A DNA stretch of 32,000 nt, taken from contig NC_017080.1 of NCBI RefSeq assembly GCF_000284115.1, positions 510,001 through 542,000 of the forward strand, in the 5' to 3' direction. Positions 17,374 to 25,051 of the stretch are shown here, piece by piece. The translations under genes and the position numbers were made by a program. The DNA is from Phycisphaera mikurensis NBRC 102666 (GTDB taxonomy: Bacteria > Planctomycetota > Phycisphaerae > Phycisphaerales > Phycisphaeraceae). The notes under the pieces are model-generated. The model saw only the letters and a program-made list of their open reading frames with translations, did no database searches and was not told the origin of the DNA. The first letter of the stretch is position 1, and each line of letters begins with the position of its first letter.

Positions 17374-17985
17374 ATGACCGTGCTCCCGGAGATCCTCGAG
17401 CGCGGCGGGCCGGTGGTGTGGCCGCTGCTCGGCCTCTCGGTGGCGGCGTTGACGGTCGCGGTGGAGCGGGCGATCTTCTTCGCCGGGTGCGGGCGGCGCG
17501 CCTGGGCCCGCAACGCGGCGGCGGCGGCGCAGCGGCTGCGGGCCGGCGACGCCGCGGGCGCGCGCGCCGCGGTCGAGGGCGACGCCGGCGTGCTCGCCCC
17601 GGTGGTGCGTGCGGCCGCGGCGGCCGAGCCCGCGGCACGGGCGGCGGCGGCCGCCGCCGAGGCCCGCGCCCAGGCGCAGCGCCTGGAACGCTTCCTCCCG
17701 TGGCTGGGCTTCGTCGTCACCGCCGCGCCGATGCTCGGGATCCTCGGGACCGTGCTGGGCATCATCGCCAGCTTCGACGCGCTGGCGACCACCGCCGGCC
17801 CCGCCGCCGACCCCCGCGCCGTCGGCGGCGGCATCGGGCAGGCGCTGCTCTCCACCGCGATCGGGCTCGTCGTGACGCTCGCCACGCTGCCCGCGTGGAT
17901 CTGGCTCCGCGGCCGGGCCGACCGCCTGCTCGACCGGCTCGAGGACGTGCTGGCCGCCGCGGGCGGCACGCCGCCCGCGGCCTGA
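17374..17985 (+). CDS. MotA/TolQ/ExbB proton channel family protein
   Basis: ILERGGPVVWPLLGLSVAALTVAVERAIFF..LERFLPWLGFVVTAAPMLGILGTVLGIIASFDAL..VGGGIGQALLSTAIGLVVTLATLPAWIWL. Confidence 0.93.
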   Translation: MTVLPEILERGGPVVWPLLGLSVAALTVAVERAIFFAGCGRRAWARNAAAAAQRLRAGDAAGARAAVEGDAGVLAPVVRAAAAAEPAARAAAAAAEARAQAQRLERFLPWLGFVVTAAPMLGILGTVLGIIASFDALATTAGPAADPRAVGGGIGQALLSTAIGLVVTLATLPAWIWLRGRADRLLDRLEDVLAAAGGTPPAA

Positions 17986-18033
17986 GCCGCGGACCGCGGC
18001 CGTTTCCACCCGCCGACGCCGACGGTCCGCGGC
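17986..18033. promoter_or_regulatory. GGTCCGCGGC hairpin immediately after the TolQ/ExbB stop
   Basis: Inverted arms gccgcggacc (17986-17995) and ggtccgcggc (18024-18033), perfect over 10 bp. Confidence 0.5.
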
Positions 18034-18069
18034 GCCCTGCGGGACACGCGGCCGACGCCCCCCGCACTC

Positions 18070-18510
18070 GCCACCCCGCAAGCGGCGTGGCACCCGAGAC
18101 TTCCGCTCGATCGGGACTTCCGGGTGCCACGCCCCTTGGGGGGTGGCCGCGTCGCAACGACCTCCCGCGCTCGCCACCCCGGGAGCGGTGTGGCACCCGG
18201 GACCTCCGCTTGGTTGGGGTTCCCGGGTGCCACGCCCCTTGGGGGGTGGCCGCGTCGCAACGACCTCCCGCGCTCGTCACCCCGCAAGCGGCGTGGCACA
18301 CGAGACTTCCGCTCAATGAGCATTTTCGGGTGCCACGCCCCTTGGGGGGTGGCCGCGTCGCGACGACCTCCCCCGCTCGCCACCCCGCAAGCGGCGTGGC
18401 ACCCAAGCTCTCCGCTTGATCGGGGCCCCCGGGTGCCACGCCCCTTGGGGGGTGGCCGCGTCGCAACGACCTCCCGCGCCCGCCACCCCGCAAGCGGCGT
18501 GGCACCCGGG
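18070..18510. repeat. Tandem array of 103-bp hairpin units (4 full copies plus a partial fifth)
   Basis: Unit starts at 18070, 18173, 18276, 18379 and 18482, an exact 103-bp period. Each unit is ccaccccgcaagcggcgtggcaccc - 26-nt loop - gggtgccacgccccttggggggtgg - ccgcgtcgcaacgacctcccgcgctcg. Confidence 0.95.
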
Positions 18511-18653
18511 CACCGGCCGGTTGCGCAAGATGTGCCGAAGGTTGAGCCCCCCCCCCCCCAGGCCGTGGAGGGACCTGCGTGGAGAGGCGAAACCCCACCC
18601 AAGCGGGTGCGGCAGTCGGGCATCGACCGACCGAGAATCATCCGGGATGCGGC

Positions 18654-19772
18654 TCAGGCGTCGCAGGCCGCGTCGGCGGCCGGCCGCACGCGGTTCCGCT
18701 CCAGCAGCCCGTCGACGTACGCCAGCTTCTCCCGCACCGGCTCGGGCACTGCCTCGGAGACGAAGTCCGGCAGGCCGAAGTTGCGGGCCTGCTCGTTGAG
18801 CTGGACGGACAGCTGGAGGTACGAACCCAGCCGCTCGTCCAGCGGCGTGTCGGGCGCGGCCAGCGGCAGGTGGACCTCGCCGGCGTCGGCGGTGTAGAGC
18901 GCCCCCATCATCAGCGTGTACCAGCCGAAGGTCTCCGCGAAGTCCTCCCAGGGGTGCATCGTGGCGTACCCGCTGATGTGCGTCGCGGGCCAGCCGGCCG
19001 CGGGCCCGTCCGCGTAGTACGCCTTCATGGCGTCGGCGTAGGTCGGGTCCTCGTGGTTCCCGAAGACGCCGACGCAGCGGGCACGCTCGGGCTCGTCGTC
19101 CTTCACGAGGAGGTCCCACACGTAGTGGCCCAGCTCGTGGCGCAGGTGGCCCACCAGCGTGCGCTTGGGCTCGTGCATCTGCACCCGCAGCTTCTCGCGG
19201 GCCACCGAGTCCGCCTCCCGCAGGTTCAGGGTGATCACGCCGCTGGCGTGGCCGGTGTAGATCGGCTTCTTCGGCTTCCCGTCGGGCCCGGGCCCCTGCG
19301 GGATCCACTGGCCCGGCTCGTCGCCGGGCACCGCGTCGGCCATGAAGCGGAAGGACAGCGGCGGCGAGCAGCCCGAGCCCTCGCCTCCATAGGGGATGCC
19401 TTGGTGGTCGAAGCCCCAGAGCACGCGACGCTTCGCCGCCTCCAGGTCGGCCCACCGCTCCAGGTGCCCCGGGATGGAGAGGTCGGGGATCGTGTCGTTC
19501 AGCTTGCAGTAGTCGCACAAAGCCTCCGCGTCGGAGCCATCCTCGGGCGCGAGCACGTAGCGGTTGCACACGCGGTGCAGGCTGCGGTTGGAGCAGGGGA
19601 ACAGCGTCCGGCCGGTGGCGAGGCACCTGCGGGCGGCGGGATCGGCGTCGCCGCGGTGCGGCTCCACCGCCGTCATGGCGCGGGTGCAGGGGCAGAAGCC
19701 CACCTCGCGGCCGCAGCGGCCGCAGGCGGTGTTGTCGAGGAAGAGGCGGTTGTCGCAGACGCAGGTGTCCAT
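18654..19772 (-). CDS. Zinc-ribbon plus putative zinc-binding metallopeptidase family protein
   Basis: N-terminal paired cysteines (CVCDNRLFLDNTACGRCGREVGFCPC..; CDYCKLN), gluzincin motif HLRHELGHYVWD, then FGNHEDPTYADAMKAYY and PWEDFAETFGWY. Confidence 0.93.
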   Translation of the reverse strand: MDTCVCDNRLFLDNTACGRCGREVGFCPCTRAMTAVEPHRGDADPAARRCLATGRTLFPCSNRSLHRVCNRYVLAPEDGSDAEALCDYCKLNDTIPDLSIPGHLERWADLEAAKRRVLWGFDHQGIPYGGEGSGCSPPLSFRFMADAVPGDEPGQWIPQGPGPDGKPKKPIYTGHASGVITLNLREADSVAREKLRVQMHEPKRTLVGHLRHELGHYVWDLLVKDDEPERARCVGVFGNHEDPTYADAMKAYYADGPAAGWPATHISGYATMHPWEDFAETFGWYTLMMGALYTADAGEVHLPLAAPDTPLDERLGSYLQLSVQLNEQARNFGLPDFVSEAVPEPVREKLAYVDGLLERNRVRPAADAACDA

Positions 19773-19845
19773 AAGGCGCAAAGCGTAGCGCCGGCCGGGC
19801 GCCTTTCTCAGCGGCGTCCCGGCCTCGCTGAAGGCTCGCTCGCGA

Positions 19846-20700
19846 TCAGGTCGCCGGGGCGAAGGCCTGCCACAGCATCCGCCCGCCGGCGAGCGCGGCC
19901 GCGGCGTAGACGACCGCCAGGAACGGCTTCTCGGGCACCCGCCGGTGCAGCCACAGCCCGAGCGCCGAGCCCGCCGGCAGCACCAGCAACATGGCGGCGG
20001 AGAGCGCGAGGCCCGCCGGGTCGAAGAGCCCGACGCCGCCGTAGGCGACCGCCTTGAACAGGTTCATCACGCCGAAGAAGACCACCAGCGTCCCGGTCAG
20101 CACCCGCTTGTTTAGGCGGGCCTCCAGCAAGTACGCCGCCATCAGCGGCCCGGCCGAGTGCGCCAGTGTCGAGAGCAGGCCCGACGCCACCCCCGCGCAC
20201 GCGGCGGCGGCGGGGCGGTCGGGCACGCGGGGGAGCCGGCCGCCGGCCAGTCGCCAGCCCTGCACCGCCACCATCGCCACCGACACCGCCCCCACCGCCA
20301 CCTGCAGCACCCACGCCAGGCCCGCCGGCGAGCCGGCGAGGCCGGCCATCAGCACCCCCGAAGCCGCCACCCCCACCCCCGCCCCCGCGAGCGCCGGCTT
20401 CACACGGGCGGCGCTGCAGTGCCGCCCGTGCTGCTGGATCGCCACGGCGTCCGCCACCAGCATCACCGGAAGCATCACCGCCACCGCCACGTCCGCCCGC
20501 AGGGCCGAGGCGACCAGCGGCACCGCCAGGATGTTCAGCGTCCCGCCGAAGCCCGACTTCGCCACGCCGATCACCAGAGCCGCGACCGCCAGCAGCACCA
20601 CCGCCGCCAGCGGCGTCACGCCGTCGAGCCGCGACGCCGCGGTGAGCGTGTCGAGCCAGCCGGCCCCGCCGGTGGATCCGGCGGAGAGGACGTCGGGCAC
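19846..20700 (-). CDS. Sulfite exporter TauE/SafE family membrane protein
   Basis: GVAKSGFGGTLNILAVPLVASAL..AVMLPVMLVADAVAI..AGVASGLLSTLAHSAGPLMAAYLLEARLNKRVLTGTLVVFFGVMNLFKAVAYGG..GLWLHRRVPEKPFLAVVYAAAALAGGRMLW. Confidence 0.93.
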   Translation of the reverse strand: MPDVLSAGSTGGAGWLDTLTAASRLDGVTPLAAVVLLAVAALVIGVAKSGFGGTLNILAVPLVASALRADVAVAVMLPVMLVADAVAIQQHGRHCSAARVKPALAGAGVGVAASGVLMAGLAGSPAGLAWVLQVAVGAVSVAMVAVQGWRLAGGRLPRVPDRPAAAACAGVASGLLSTLAHSAGPLMAAYLLEARLNKRVLTGTLVVFFGVMNLFKAVAYGGVGLFDPAGLALSAAMLLVLPAGSALGLWLHRRVPEKPFLAVVYAAAALAGGRMLWQAFAPAT

Positions 20701-20730
20701 CCGGCCACTATGCCATCGACGCCGGCCCCC

Positions 20731-20780
20731 GGCCGCGGACCGTGGCCCAGAAACCGCAAAAACAGCGACGGTCCGCGGCC
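20731..20780. promoter_or_regulatory. Palindromic GGCCGCGGACCGT / ACGGTCCGCGGCC hairpin between genes
   Basis: 13-bp perfect arms 20731-20743 and 20768-20780 with a 24-nt A-containing loop (ggcccagaaaccgcaaaaacagcg). It lies downstream of the PEP-CTERM gene that ends at 20785 on the minus strand. Confidence 0.6.
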
Positions 20781-20784
20781 GGGC

Positions 20785-21564
20785 TCAGCCGGCGGCGGGG
20801 CGTCGCCGCAGCGTGCAGAGCCCGCCGAGCAGCGCCACGGCGGCGCCGCCGGCGGGCTCGGGGACCGTCAGCACGATCTCGCTGAACGCGGGGACGCTCA
20901 GGTTCGCCTGCGTCAGTGTCTCGCTCTCGGCAATCAGGTCCAGCGTCACGCCCCACCGCAGCCGGGTGACGTCGCCCGCGATGCCCTCCGCCGTCAGCGC
21001 GGGGCGGAGGTCGAAGGTGAAAAGGCCCTGCCGCACGGGCTGGGAGCCGTCTTCGGCGAGATTCGCCTCGAAGAGGCGGCCGTCGCTCACCACCAACACC
21101 GCGGCGGGAAGGTCGACGCCGTCCACCGCCAGCACCTCCACGTCGAAGCGGATGTCCGCCGCCACCCGCGTGCCGAAGGCCGTCGCGGCGCCGGCCTGGG
21201 AGACCGCGTTGAGGTCAATGTCACCCCCGAGCCGCGCCTGGAGCGTCTCGATGGTGTTCGATCCACGCCCGGAGACCACGGTCTCCAGGGACGTCGAGCG
21301 GGTGACGGAGCCCCCGTTGAAGCTCACCGCCTCGAAGTTGCTGTCCGGCGTGAAGGCAAGGACGTCGCCGCTGGCGGTTGGCGTTCCGAAGACCGCCGCG
21401 CCACCGTCGCCCGCCTCGGTCACGCTCACGAAGTCCACGGTCGTCCCCAAGAAGGCGCCGTGGTCGATGGAGGCCCGAGCGGGCGCGCCCGCGAGGAGCA
21501 AGCCGCCGGTGATGCACAGCAAAGCAGAGGCACGCCGCCGGGGCGTCTGGCAATCCGCGGTCAT
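20785..21564 (-). CDS. PEP-CTERM sorting domain-containing secreted protein
   Basis: N-terminal signal (ASALLCITGGLLLAGAPARA). C-terminus VPEPAGGAAVALLGGLCTLRRRPAAG. Confidence 0.88.
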   Translation of the reverse strand: MTADCQTPRRRASALLCITGGLLLAGAPARASIDHGAFLGTTVDFVSVTEAGDGGAAVFGTPTASGDVLAFTPDSNFEAVSFNGGSVTRSTSLETVVSGRGSNTIETLQARLGGDIDLNAVSQAGAATAFGTRVAADIRFDVEVLAVDGVDLPAAVLVVSDGRLFEANLAEDGSQPVRQGLFTFDLRPALTAEGIAGDVTRLRWGVTLDLIAESETLTQANLSVPAFSEIVLTVPEPAGGAAVALLGGLCTLRRRPAAG

Positions 21565-21638
21565 GGGGTTTCTCGTCCTGGGGGTTTGTGGGGGGATGCC
21601 CGATCGAGCTTATCGGACAGACCGATCGCCGGCGCATG

Positions 21639-21664
21639 AAAAACCCACCCGTGAAGGTGGGTTT
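21639..21664 (-). terminator. Rho-independent terminator for the PEP-CTERM gene at 21702-22436
   Basis: Plus-strand aaacccacc (21641-21649) - cgtgaa - ggtgggttt (21656-21664), a perfect 9-bp stem. A run of five A (21639-21643) gives the U-tract on the minus strand. Confidence 0.88.
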
Positions 21665-21701
21665 CGGATGGTCCTGCCGCGTCGGAGCGGCCACGCTCGG
21701 C

Positions 21702-22436
21702 TCAGGCCGCGACGCGACGGCGGAGCAGCATCGCCCCGGCACCGAGCACGAACAGAGCGGAAGTGGGCTCGGGCACGGTGATCGAGACCGCACGCACGCC
21801 CTTCTTGTCCACGAAGGAGGTCGTGCCGGCTTCGCTGACCGCGAGGAGCTGGTTGTCGAGGGTCACGATCGCCTTGGTGATGTCCCCGGTCACGCCCTGC
21901 CCCGCGGCGAGGGACACGAGGTCCAGCGAGGTGGAGGCCGCCCAGGCCTGGCCGATGCCGCGGTCGTCGGCGAGGTTCGCCATGAGGAGCACGTCATCGG
22001 TGATGATGAAGGGCACGGAAACCGCGCTGCCGTCGACCTCCAGGATGTTGACGGAGAAGCCGACGCTGACCTGGACGCGGGTGTCCGCGGTCCCGGTGGC
22101 AGCGTTGATGGAATCAAGAGCGAAGACGCCCGACTCCTGAAGCGTGAACCCGGTGATCGCCTGGCCGTCGTTCGCCTCGATGACCGTGCTCAGGAAGCCG
22201 TCCACCAGGTCGATGCCACCGTTGGTGGACTGGGCGTTGAACCCGACGGGGGTGAAGTTGAGCGTGTCGGCCGAGAGGGTGGGGGCGCCGAACAGGTCGT
22301 CCCCGTCGATCACGTTCGAGTAGGTCACCGTGTTGCCCACGAACGGGCCGTTGTAGGTGGTCTGGGCCGTGGCGGCGCCCGCAAAAGCAAGCAGCGACGT
22401 CGAGGCGGCGGCGAGAAGGGCGGTTTTGAGCTTCAT
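21702..22436 (-). CDS. PEP-CTERM sorting domain-containing secreted protein
   Basis: Signal MKLKTALLAAASTSLLAFAGAATAQ, C-terminus VPEPTSALFVLGAGAMLLRRRVAA, and a strong AGGAGG Shine-Dalgarno directly upstream. Confidence 0.92.
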   Translation of the reverse strand: MKLKTALLAAASTSLLAFAGAATAQTTYNGPFVGNTVTYSNVIDGDDLFGAPTLSADTLNFTPVGFNAQSTNGGIDLVDGFLSTVIEANDGQAITGFTLQESGVFALDSINAATGTADTRVQVSVGFSVNILEVDGSAVSVPFIITDDVLLMANLADDRGIGQAWAASTSLDLVSLAAGQGVTGDITKAIVTLDNQLLAVSEAGTTSFVDKKGVRAVSITVPEPTSALFVLGAGAMLLRRRVAA

Positions 22437-22443
22437 GATTAAT

Positions 22444-22449
22444 CCTCCT
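22444..22449 (-). promoter_or_regulatory. Shine-Dalgarno AGGAGG
   Basis: Plus strand cctcct, 7 nt from the CAT (start codon) at 22434-22436. Confidence 0.8.
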
Positions 22450-22623
22450 GGAAAAGGTCGCAGGCCGGAACGCGACCCGGAAGGGGCCTGGACCCCGCAC
22501 CGGTGTGCGGGTCATCGGTCCGACTCTAAGGGCAGGTCGCGTCGGCCGCAAGCCCCAGGCGGGGTAAAATCCCGATTTGCCGAAAATTCACGCTCCGCCG
22601 GCACAGACTCCCCGGCTGGAGCT

Positions 22624-23844
22624 TCATGCTGCCGTGTCACCAGGCCGGTTCCGGCGTCGCTGGGCGCGGTCCATCGCCTCGGCATCGGGGCTCCGCCCCG
22701 AGTCCATCATCTCGATGAAGCAGTCGAACAGGTAGCGGGCGTCGTGGGGGCCGGGGCTGGCTTCGGGGTGGTATTGCACCGCGAAGACGGCTTCTTCGGC
22801 GTGGCGGAACCCTTCCAGCGTCCGGTCGTTGAGGTTGACGTGCGTCGGCTCCGCCCCGCGGGCGGCGAGGCTCTCGCGGTCCACGGCGAAGCCGTGGTTC
22901 TGGCTGGTGATCTCCACCTTGCCGGTCCCCAGGTTTTGCACCGGCTGGTTGCCGCCGCGGTGGCCGAACTTCAGCTTGGAGGTCGTCGCGCCCGCCGCGA
23001 TCGCGAGCAGCTGGTGCCCGAGGCAGATGCCGAAGGTCGGGACCCGGCCGTGGAGCGCTCCGAGCGTCTCGGTGGTCGGCGTCACCGCGGCGGGGTCGCC
23101 CGGGCCGTTGGAGACGAAGAGCCCATCGGGCTTCCGCTCGAGGATCGCCGCGGCCGGCGTGTCGTGGGGGACGACCGTGACGTCGCAGCCGCGGTCGACC
23201 AGGTGCCGCAGGATGTTCAGCTTCGCCCCGCAGTCGATCGCCACGACGGTCTTGCGGGGGCTCGCCGCCGGCACCCGGCCCTGCACCGGGAGCCAGCGGC
23301 CCAGGTCCTCCTCCCACCGCAGGGCCTGCCCGCGGCTGACCCCGGCGACCAGGTTGCGGCCGACCAGGCCGGGCGCGGCCCGCGCGGCGGCCACCAGGGC
23401 CGCGTCGTGGGTCGCGGGATCCGTGCTGATGACGCCGTTGAGGGCCCCGTCGACGCGGAGCGTCTTGGTGATGGCCCGCGTGTCCACGCCGGTGAGGCCG
23501 ATGACGCCGCGCTCGGCGAGGAAGGCGTGCAGGCTCGTCTCCGAGCGGAAGCTGCTCTGCGTCGGCGAGTTCTCGCGGACCACGAAGCCGGAGACCTGGA
23601 CCCGATCGCTCTCGAGGTCCTCCACGTTCACGCCGTAGTTGCCGATCATCGGCGTGGTCATCACCACGATCTGCCCGGCGTAGGAGGCGTCCGTGAGGAC
23701 CTCCTGGTAGCCGGACATGCTCGTGTTGAAGCACACCTCGGCGGCCACGGTGGCCGGGCCGGTGTGCCCGAAGGCGTCGCCGGCGAAGACCTGCCCGTCG
23801 GCGAGTGCGAGGCGGGCGCGCGTATGGGGGGCGGGGGCGGGCAT
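22624..23844 (-). CDS. carA: Carbamoyl-phosphate synthase small subunit
   Basis: ARLALADGQVFAGDAFG..EVCFNTSMSGYQEVLTDASYAGQIVVMTTPMIGNYGVN..GLFVSNGPGDPAAV..FGICLGHQLLAIAAGA..KFGHRGGNQPV..SQNHGFAVD..VQYHPEASPGPHD. Class-I glutaminase Cys in GICLGHQ. Confidence 0.98.
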   Translation of the reverse strand: MPAPAPHTRARLALADGQVFAGDAFGHTGPATVAAEVCFNTSMSGYQEVLTDASYAGQIVVMTTPMIGNYGVNVEDLESDRVQVSGFVVRENSPTQSSFRSETSLHAFLAERGVIGLTGVDTRAITKTLRVDGALNGVISTDPATHDAALVAAARAAPGLVGRNLVAGVSRGQALRWEEDLGRWLPVQGRVPAASPRKTVVAIDCGAKLNILRHLVDRGCDVTVVPHDTPAAAILERKPDGLFVSNGPGDPAAVTPTTETLGALHGRVPTFGICLGHQLLAIAAGATTSKLKFGHRGGNQPVQNLGTGKVEITSQNHGFAVDRESLAARGAEPTHVNLNDRTLEGFRHAEEAVFAVQYHPEASPGPHDARYLFDCFIEMMDSGRSPDAEAMDRAQRRRNRPGDTAA

Positions 23845-23894
23845 GGGCGCGGGATCGTAAGAAACGCCCGCCGCTCGGCGGGGCCCGGTCCGCC

Positions 23895-24113
23895 TCAACC
23901 CCCGGTGTCCCCGCGGCGCCCCTTGAAGAGGACCCACCACCAGCCGATCACCCCGCCGATGGCCCCGAAGCCCGCGACGGCCAGCGTCTCGGTGCGGCTC
24001 GGGGCGGCGCCGGAGAGCGAGATGGCGGCCCACACCACCAGGAAGCAGGTCAGCGCGATCGCGGCGGCGGTGAGCGGGGAATCCCAGGGCAGACGAGGCA
24101 TGCCTTCATTCAT
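23895..24113 (-). CDS. Small membrane protein, hypothetical
   Basis: 72 aa with two predicted hydrophobic helices (LTAAAIALTCFLVVWAAISL; TLAVAGFGAIGGVIGWWWVLF). Confidence 0.6.
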   Translation of the reverse strand: MNEGMPRLPWDSPLTAAAIALTCFLVVWAAISLSGAAPSRTETLAVAGFGAIGGVIGWWWVLFKGRRGDTGG

Positions 24114-24143
24114 AGGTTGAGCGGTCCACCGGATCCCGCCGCG

Positions 24144-24872
24144 TCACCACGCTCCCAGCTCCTCGAGCTGCCGCGTCGCCTGCCCGCCCCAGTCCGTGTT
24201 CGCCAGCGGGCTCGCCGGGCTGGGGTGCAGGATCCGGCCGACGGTCGATCCGGCTCCCGCCGCCTCCACCGCCGCCGCGACCCGCTTCTCCGCCCAGACG
24301 CCGATGCCCACCGCGAAGGCCGGCCGGAGGATCCGCACCACCTCCGCGAGGTGCTCGTCGCAGGCGGCCAGCAGCGGCTCGCGCTCGGCGGCGGGCAGCT
24401 TGTCGGGGGTCAGGTTCCGGCCGGTGGCGCCCAGGAACACGAGCGGGCAGAAGTTCAGGACGAAGTGATCGGCGAAGAAGGCCTCGGGCGTGCCGAAACG
24501 CGCGCGGACCATCGACCACACCCGGCTGCCGGAGACCTCGGTCCGCGGGCAGCCGAGGCCGGTGACCGGCCGCTTGGGGTGCTCGTCGGCCGGCTTGCCG
24601 ATGGGCGCCTCGAGCCCGAGGAAGCCGCGGACCGACGGCACGTCCCCGAAGGGCACGCCCGTCTGGGCCATGCCCCAGGGCCCCGGGTTCATGCCCACCA
24701 GCAGCACGCTCTTCCTGCCGGCACCGAAGCGGCGGAGGTACGCCTCCATCATCGGCCACGCGTACGCGAGCGGCTGGTAGACGGCGTGGACCGGCTCGGC
24801 GAACCGCAGCGGCCCGAGCCGCTCGCGCAAGCAGAGCGCGGCGGCGACGAGGGCATCGGCGGTGTCGGTCAT
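24144..24872 (-). CDS. SMUG1-like uracil-DNA glycosylase family protein
   Basis: VLLVGMNPGPWGMAQTGVPFGDVPSVRGFLG..PKRPVTGLGCPRTEVSGSRVWSMVRARFGTPEAFFADHFVLNFCPLVFL..LHPSPASPLAN. These are SMUG1 motif-1-like and HPSP motifs. Confidence 0.93.
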   Translation of the reverse strand: MTDTADALVAAALCLRERLGPLRFAEPVHAVYQPLAYAWPMMEAYLRRFGAGRKSVLLVGMNPGPWGMAQTGVPFGDVPSVRGFLGLEAPIGKPADEHPKRPVTGLGCPRTEVSGSRVWSMVRARFGTPEAFFADHFVLNFCPLVFLGATGRNLTPDKLPAAEREPLLAACDEHLAEVVRILRPAFAVGIGVWAEKRVAAAVEAAGAGSTVGRILHPSPASPLANTDWGGQATRQLEELGAW

Positions 24873-24894
24873 GAAGGAGTCTTACCGGCTGGCG

Positions 24895-24972
24895 CGCCCC
24901 GTGCCCCCGCCCCCGCCCCGGCTCCGGTCGCGGCGCCCCGTGCCCCCGCCCCCGCCCCGGCTCCGGTCGCGG
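24895..24972. repeat. Perfect 39-bp x2 tandem duplication
   Basis: cgccccgtgcccccgcccccgccccggctccggtcgcgg at 24895-24933 and 24934-24972. Confidence 0.9.
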
Positions 24973-25051
24973 CGGCCTGCCCGCCCGCTGCACCCGCCGC
25001 GACGCCGATCTACCCTGCCGGCTTACCCAGCTCCACTCCGGGCACTCCCCC

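Noticed and set aside
18070-18510. CRISPR array
   Set aside because: The period is 103 bp with about 77 bp conserved, the 'variable' part is a partly conserved 26-nt hairpin loop, and no cas genes are in the window.
14931-18641. 1236-aa minus-strand ORF and the related ORFs 17191-18177 and 17762-18598
   Set aside because: Low-complexity antisense translation of the AAA and TolQ genes plus read-through of the 103-bp array. The apparent protein repeats (ATPQGAWHP, HAACGVAS, GVAPG) come from rotating frames of a non-coding repeat.
22114-22551. 145-aa and 190-aa ORFs (21221-21793, 22114-22551) overlapping the PEP-CTERM genes
   Set aside because: Out-of-frame overlaps. The PEP-CTERM frames have signal peptides, a Shine-Dalgarno, PEP motifs and a terminator.
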